A DNA stretch of 64,000 bases from assembly GCA_964353135.1 (NCBI GenBank), contig CAYGTV010000002.1, positions 169,122 through 233,121 on the forward strand, in the 5' to 3' direction. Position 1 is the first letter of the stretch; every line of letters begins with the position of its first letter. Source of the stretch: an uncultured Candidatus Saccharibacteria bacterium. GTDB lineage: Bacteria > Patescibacteriota > Minisyncoccia > Phycocordibacterales > UBA918. The notes under the pieces are model-generated. The model was not told where the DNA came from. It did no database searches and saw only the letters and a program-made list of their open reading frames with translations. The translations under genes and the position numbers were made by a program. Positions 59,533 to 64,000 of this stretch are shown here, piece after piece.

Positions 59533-60246
59533 ATGAACACTATCACCCAAACCTTCAAGCAAATCGGATTCTTTACCATCGCACTGACTCTGGCGTTGTT
59601 TGCAAACTTTGCCTACGGACAGTGGGCGAATCCAACTGCAGCGCCAACTGGAGGAAATATTGCAGCACCAATTAATACTAGTGGGGAGTATCAGGAAAAG
59701 TATGGAGACATTGGTGCTGGAGAATTGCTTGCAGCTAGTAGAATGCGTTCTGATCAGTACTGCAACTTGGCTGGTGATCCCGCGAGTTGTTTTTCACCAG
59801 CAGATGTGTCTGGAGGAGGTGGAGGTTCGCTTTCTGCTCTAAGTGCGTATCACACCAGGCTTGATTTGAGTGGCGTTGGTGGGAGTAATTGTAGTTGTGG
59901 AGCTGGGGATATACTTACTGGCTGCAGTGGTTTCCAAAGCGGTGATAGGACAACAGCGGCAGTTGATAATAGTAATGGCCCTGACTACTGTAGAAATGAA
60001 GGAACAGGTCAGTTTCCAATTTGTAGCTGCTTGGATATTACTATAGACAGTTGTGTCCCAATAGCGCCTGAAGTAATTACACTCCAGAGTGGTTGCGGAA
60101 CTGGAACTAATTTGTCTCAGGTGCCCCAATGTCCTGATGGTTTTACTGAGGTAAATACATACAAATCTGGCTGTGGTACTTCAAATAACGGTAATGATAG
60201 AGATAGGTACTATCGCGTTTGTAACGGTCCACCAAGATGCGAGTAA
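59533..60246 (+). CDS. Secreted constant-N/variable-C protein (module gene B3)
   Basis: TFKQIGFFTIALTLALFANFAYGQWANPTAAPTGGN, RMRSDQYCN; Cys-rich C-terminus. Confidence 0.7.
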   Translation: MNTITQTFKQIGFFTIALTLALFANFAYGQWANPTAAPTGGNIAAPINTSGEYQEKYGDIGAGELLAASRMRSDQYCNLAGDPASCFSPADVSGGGGGSLSALSAYHTRLDLSGVGGSNCSCGAGDILTGCSGFQSGDRTTAAVDNSNGPDYCRNEGTGQFPICSCLDITIDSCVPIAPEVITLQSGCGTGTNLSQVPQCPDGFTEVNTYKSGCGTSNNGNDRDRYYRVCNGPPRCE

Positions 60247-60330
60247 TCATTGTGATACACAAAACGATTACTGAGCGATGACAAAATCTAAAACCGCCCC
60301 GTACAACCGCAGGCGGTTTTGTTATTTTGC

Positions 60331-60358
60331 TTGCTTTTTTAGTCAGAATCTATATACT
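60331..60358 (+). promoter_or_regulatory. Promoter of rplC-rplD-rplW-rplB
   Basis: TTGCTT-16-TATACT followed by a ~165-nt structured leader. Confidence 0.6.
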
Positions 60359-60528
60359 CTCGGGTAGCTGAAAAGACCTATGTACAGATGTGAGTTTACT
60401 CGCACTGGACCACTGGGCACAAACCGCGCAATTTCTTTTGTGTGAGCTGTGCTCGCAAATTAGAAATTGCGCGGTTTGATGTATGGGTCTCAGCTTTATC
60501 AGACAGAAGTAAGGTTCATACAACAATA

Positions 60529-61158
60529 ATGAAATTTATTCTCGGAACCAAAACTGGCATGACCCAAGTCTTCACCGAAGACGGACGATGTCACGCAGCC
60601 ACCGTACTTAAAGTTGAACCAGCGAAAATTTCGCAGGTAAAGACTCTTGAAGTCGACGGCTACGATGCAGTCCAACTTGCGTCAGGTACTCAAAAAGAGC
60701 ACCGAGTCAGTAAGGCAGCCAAAGGTCACTTTGGTGGAGCAGTAGCAAACGCACGTGAATTCCGCGCGCGAAAAGGCTACGACAACGAAACAATCGAAGG
60801 TCTCGAAAAAGGTGCGACACTAGATGCATCAATATTTGAGCCAGGCGATGAGATTACTGTTTCGGCAGTAAGTAAAGGTAAGGGATTCCAAGGTGTTGTA
60901 AAACGACACGGGTTCGCAGGAGGTCGACGGTCACATGGTCAGAAACACTCTGAACGTGAGCCGGGGTCAATTGGAGCAACAGGAATCGCACGTGTTTTGA
61001 AAGGAACACGTATGGCCGGACGAATGGGATCAGATACAGTACAAATCAAAGGTTTGAAAGTACTACAAGTAAACGCAGAGGAAAATATTCTCGTCGTTTC
61101 AGGAGCGGTCCCAGGTCGAAAGGGAACTTTAGTAGAAGTGTTTAGCACACCTAAATAA
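60529..61158 (+). CDS. rplC: 50S ribosomal protein L3
   Basis: GTKTGMTQVF, SKGKGFQGVVKRHGF, PGSIG, MAGRMG, GAVPG. Confidence 0.98.
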   Translation: MKFILGTKTGMTQVFTEDGRCHAATVLKVEPAKISQVKTLEVDGYDAVQLASGTQKEHRVSKAAKGHFGGAVANAREFRARKGYDNETIEGLEKGATLDASIFEPGDEITVSAVSKGKGFQGVVKRHGFAGGRRSHGQKHSEREPGSIGATGIARVLKGTRMAGRMGSDTVQIKGLKVLQVNAEENILVVSGAVPGRKGTLVEVFSTPK

Positions 61159-61168
61159 TCACTGATAT

Positions 61169-61846
61169 ATGAAATCAACAATCTATACCCGTGAAGGTGC
61201 TGAAAAAGGTGAGGTAACACTCCCAGAATCAGTATTTGGTGTTGCGTGGAACGCGGACCTAGTTCACGAAGTGGTAGTGGGAATGCAGGCAAACGCCCGC
61301 GAAGGAACAGCTCACACCAAAGACCGAAGTGAAGTACGCGGAGGTGGTCGAAAGCCATGGAAGCAAAAAGGAACTGGACGAGCGCGACATGGTTCACGTC
61401 GTTCACCGATTTGGACAGGAGGAGGTGTGACATTTGGTCCACGATCTGAAAAAGATTACTCAGTCAAAATCAACAAGAAAGTACGAGCCAAAGCATTTGC
61501 AACAGTAATGTCTAAAAAACTAGCAGACAACGAAGTTATCTTTGTTGAAACCCTAGCAATGGACGAACCAAAAGCAAAAGACGCAAAGGCAACAATTGCA
61601 GCTCTAGCAAAGGGAACAGGATTTGAAACTCTTGCAACTAAGCGAAAGAATGCAGCGCTTGTAGTACTCTCAAGCCGAGACCTTGCAACTGAAAAAAGTT
61701 TCCGAAACTTTGGAAATATCGAAGTTGCACAAGCAAAGGATATCAACCCAGTTGATCTTCTCACTTACAAGTACGTAGTAGTTGCAGATCCAGCAGCAGC
61801 GGTCGAAATCTTCGCCACTCGAGTTGGAGCAACTCCTGCAAAATAA
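61169..61846 (+). CDS. rplD: 50S ribosomal protein L4
   Basis: TKDRSEVRGGGRKPWKQKGTGRARHGS.RSP.W.GGG..FGP. Confidence 0.98.
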   Translation: MKSTIYTREGAEKGEVTLPESVFGVAWNADLVHEVVVGMQANAREGTAHTKDRSEVRGGGRKPWKQKGTGRARHGSRRSPIWTGGGVTFGPRSEKDYSVKINKKVRAKAFATVMSKKLADNEVIFVETLAMDEPKAKDAKATIAALAKGTGFETLATKRKNAALVVLSSRDLATEKSFRNFGNIEVAQAKDINPVDLLTYKYVVVADPAAAVEIFATRVGATPAK

Positions 61847-61857
61847 GTCAAACTAAC

Positions 61858-62238
61858 ATGGCCCTCTTTGGATCTAAGAAAAAAGACAAAAAAGAGGAGA
61901 GTGTGGACACTCCAGCAGTTGTGAAAAAAGACGTCAAAGCGCCACTGGCGACTGGACATGACCTTTCTTCAGTAATCGTTGGACCACGTATCACGGAAAA
62001 AGCGGTTGGAATGAGTGAGCAAAATGTCTTTACATTCGTTGTAAAGTCATCTGCTACAAAATTCCAAGTGCGTGATGCAATCAAAGCTCTCTACAATGTG
62101 ACGCCGGTGAAAGTAAACATCGTCAACAAAAAAGCAGCCAAGCGAACCAAAGGGTTCTCAGGCAAGACAGTACATCACAAAGGAATGAAAAAAGCCTACG
62201 TGTATCTTAAAAAAGGCGACACGATTAACATCGTCTAG
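61858..62238 (+). CDS. rplW: 50S ribosomal protein L23 with N-terminal extension
   Basis: PRITEKA, ATK.QV..AI..LYNV, KKAYVYL. Confidence 0.95.
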   Translation: MALFGSKKKDKKEESVDTPAVVKKDVKAPLATGHDLSSVIVGPRITEKAVGMSEQNVFTFVVKSSATKFQVRDAIKALYNVTPVKVNIVNKKAAKRTKGFSGKTVHHKGMKKAYVYLKKGDTINIV

Positions 62239-62438
62239 CACAGCTTCCAGCGATTCTCCCTTGATAGGTCGAATCGGGAAGTAACACCACAAAAGCAGTT
62301 CCATTTTTATAGTCGGCTAACACCTTCTTAAAAATTGGTCATTCGCAATATACTCTTCGAGTATTTGCTCATTCATTATTAGTTAGGAAGATAAGCAAAG
62401 CTGTCTAGCTTTCGCACTAGTTTCTAACAAACTCAATT

Positions 62439-63302
62439 ATGGTAAAGAAATATAAACCAACATCAGCCGGTCGACGTGACGGTTCGGTGATCGAATACAA
62501 GAAAAAACTTACGTCGACACAAAGTAGTCCACTCAAAGGTCTTACAAAAGGTAAGCGAAGTACTGGTGGACGAAACAGTGATGGTCGTATTACGACTCAT
62601 TACCGTGGAGGAGGGAACAAACGAACCTATCGTTTGATTGACTTCAAATACGATAAGCTCAATGTTCCAGCAACTGTTGAAACGCTTGAATACGATCCAA
62701 ACCGATCAGGATTCATCGCTTTGATTTGTTACGCAGATGGTGAACGACGATACATCTTGGCACCACAAAAGCTACAAGCTGGAGCGCAAGTGGTGACATC
62801 TGCCACTGCTAAAGTGAAAGTTGGAAATAGGCTTCCACTACACGCAATTCCAGTAGGTACATTTGTGTACAACGTGGAAATCAACCCAGGAGCAGGAGCA
62901 CGTCTGGCGCGATCAGCCGGGAACCATGCCGAAGTAGTAGCGCAAGACGACACGCACACAACGCTCAAGATGCCATCATCTGAAATCCGAAAAGTTCACA
63001 AGACTGCTTGGGCTTCAGTTGGAGCGGTATCAAACGAAGAATATCGTTTGGTAGATATCGGAAAGGCGGGGCGCGCGCGTCACATGGGTCTACGACCAAA
63101 GGTACGTGGAGCTGCGAAAAATGCAGTAGACCACCCACACGGAGGAGGTGAAGGTAAGTCTCCTCGAGGACACCGACGACAGCGAACCAAACAAGGTCGC
63201 CCAACCGGTAAAGGACAGAAGACTCGTTCACCAAAGAAATACTCAAACAAACTCATCATCAACCGGCGAAAGCCAGGTCGACTCATGGGCGGGAAGCGGT
63301 AA
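62439..63302 (+). CDS. rplB: 50S ribosomal protein L2
   Basis: GGRNSDGRIT, EYDPNRS, ARSAG, GKAGR, DHPHGGGEG. Confidence 0.98.
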   Translation: MVKKYKPTSAGRRDGSVIEYKKKLTSTQSSPLKGLTKGKRSTGGRNSDGRITTHYRGGGNKRTYRLIDFKYDKLNVPATVETLEYDPNRSGFIALICYADGERRYILAPQKLQAGAQVVTSATAKVKVGNRLPLHAIPVGTFVYNVEINPGAGARLARSAGNHAEVVAQDDTHTTLKMPSSEIRKVHKTAWASVGAVSNEEYRLVDIGKAGRARHMGLRPKVRGAAKNAVDHPHGGGEGKSPRGHRRQRTKQGRPTGKGQKTRSPKKYSNKLIINRRKPGRLMGGKR

Positions 63303-63305
63303 CGC

Positions 63306-63342
63306 AAAGAAAAACACCTCAGCTGAGGTGTTTTTCTTTGCG
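63306..63342 (+). terminator. Hairpin/terminator after rplB
   Basis: aaagaaaaacacctca-gc-tgaggtgtttttcttt. Confidence 0.75.
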
Positions 63343-63710
63343 TTAGTGTCTGACCAATGTCAGACACGGCCGCTTTCCGAGACGGAGCGTTGTGAGCGGC
63401 GGCGATAGCCGGCCGACGCGAACAGCGAGTCGGGGTCGCGAGCGTTAGCTAGAATTGAGCCGAAGGCGAAAATTATAGCTTTCGACTGGTGACGCAAGCG
63501 GTGCCTTGCGGCACTTATGTATCGTTTTCCAAGCCCGAGACATATCGCGTGAAGGATGATCAAAAAATTGATTTGAATTGTGCGTTGTACAAGTTCTGTT
63601 ACTTATCCACGGGGTTTGTGTTCAGGACAGTATTTGCATGTATTATAAAAAGTAATTGGAGACAGCACCTGCGGGTGCTGTCTCTTTCGTTTATTACGTA
63701 TCAAATCATC

Positions 63711-64000
63711 ATGAATAGCTTACTTATTACACCCAAAACAATCATTGTAACGCTAGCTTTCTTAGCGTTAGCGATGGTTACCCCTGCGTTTGCAGCTCAC
63801 AGTGATTACCACTATGAGGTCACCCGGGGGACGCTCGACAGTTCGATGCCAGCTTCTCAAGGAGTGCAGACACTTGATCAGCATGGATTTCGATTCTTCT
63901 GTGTACCTTCTCACTTTTCTTATGATGATCCGGTTGTGTACCCAGGAGAGTCCGGACGGGCCCACTTACACATGTTCTACGGGAACCTAGGTGTGACCCA
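63711..64000 (+). CDS. DUF1996-like secreted protein (partial, runs off window; not in ORF track)
   Basis: Signal peptide MNSLL...PAFA, then FRFFCVPSHFSYDDPVVYPGESGRAHLHMFYGN. Confidence 0.75.
   Translation, partial: MNSLLITPKTIIVTLAFLALAMVTPAFAAHSDYHYEVTRGTLDSSMPASQGVQTLDQHGFRFFCVPSHFSYDDPVVYPGESGRAHLHMFYGNLGVT

Noticed and set aside
19180-63612. DnaA-box-like words near promoters (tggataa ~19190, tttccaca ~36015, ttgtgcaca ~51082 and ~53297, ttatccacg 63603) as oriC
   Set aside because: They are scattered, mostly imperfect, not clustered, and there is no dnaA or dnaN nearby.
883-63990. Many antisense or nested ORFs in the track (e.g. 883..1134, 1601..2107, 15722..16315, 45718..45966, 56273..56800, 60939..61442)
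   Set aside because: They are shadows of well-supported genes on another frame or strand, with no recognisable motifs.
1-64000. Alternative genetic code (TGA=Gly, as in Gracilibacteria/Absconditabacteria)
   Set aside because: Conserved genes are full length under code 11, and TGA ends genes at plausible positions (e.g. 33941, 40730).

Overview
This 64 kb window is bacterial and reads with the standard genetic code. Gene content and style suggest a Patescibacteria/CPR genome, probably Parcubacteria (inference): SD-less, AT-rich starts on core genes, CPR-type secreted protein families, a type IV pilus cluster and split ComEC. Core genes include rny, clpP, tig, ppaC, nusA, pilB/pilC plus three pilin-like genes, tpiA, pgk, recJ, rnhA, comEC, sod and rpmB. 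The str/S10 cluster (rpsL, rpsG, fusA, tuf, rpsJ, rplC, rplD, rplW, rplB) is broken by accessory DNA at four points. The strongest unexplained signal is a pair of about 225-nt non-coding units (33966-34195 and 35283-35509). Each has its own TATAGT box, a 5' hairpin with a divergent ~42-nt interior, a 171-nt near-identical multi-stem core and a terminator, and together they flank two orphan genes. Other signals are orphan gene cassettes carrying Shine-Dalgarno motifs that core genes lack, three two-gene modules with a constant N-terminus and variable C-terminus inside the ribosomal cluster, several structured leaders, and three small ORFs missed by the ORF track. No CRISPR array, rRNA, tRNA, integrase or transposase was seen. 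All family calls come from recalled motifs, not from database searches.
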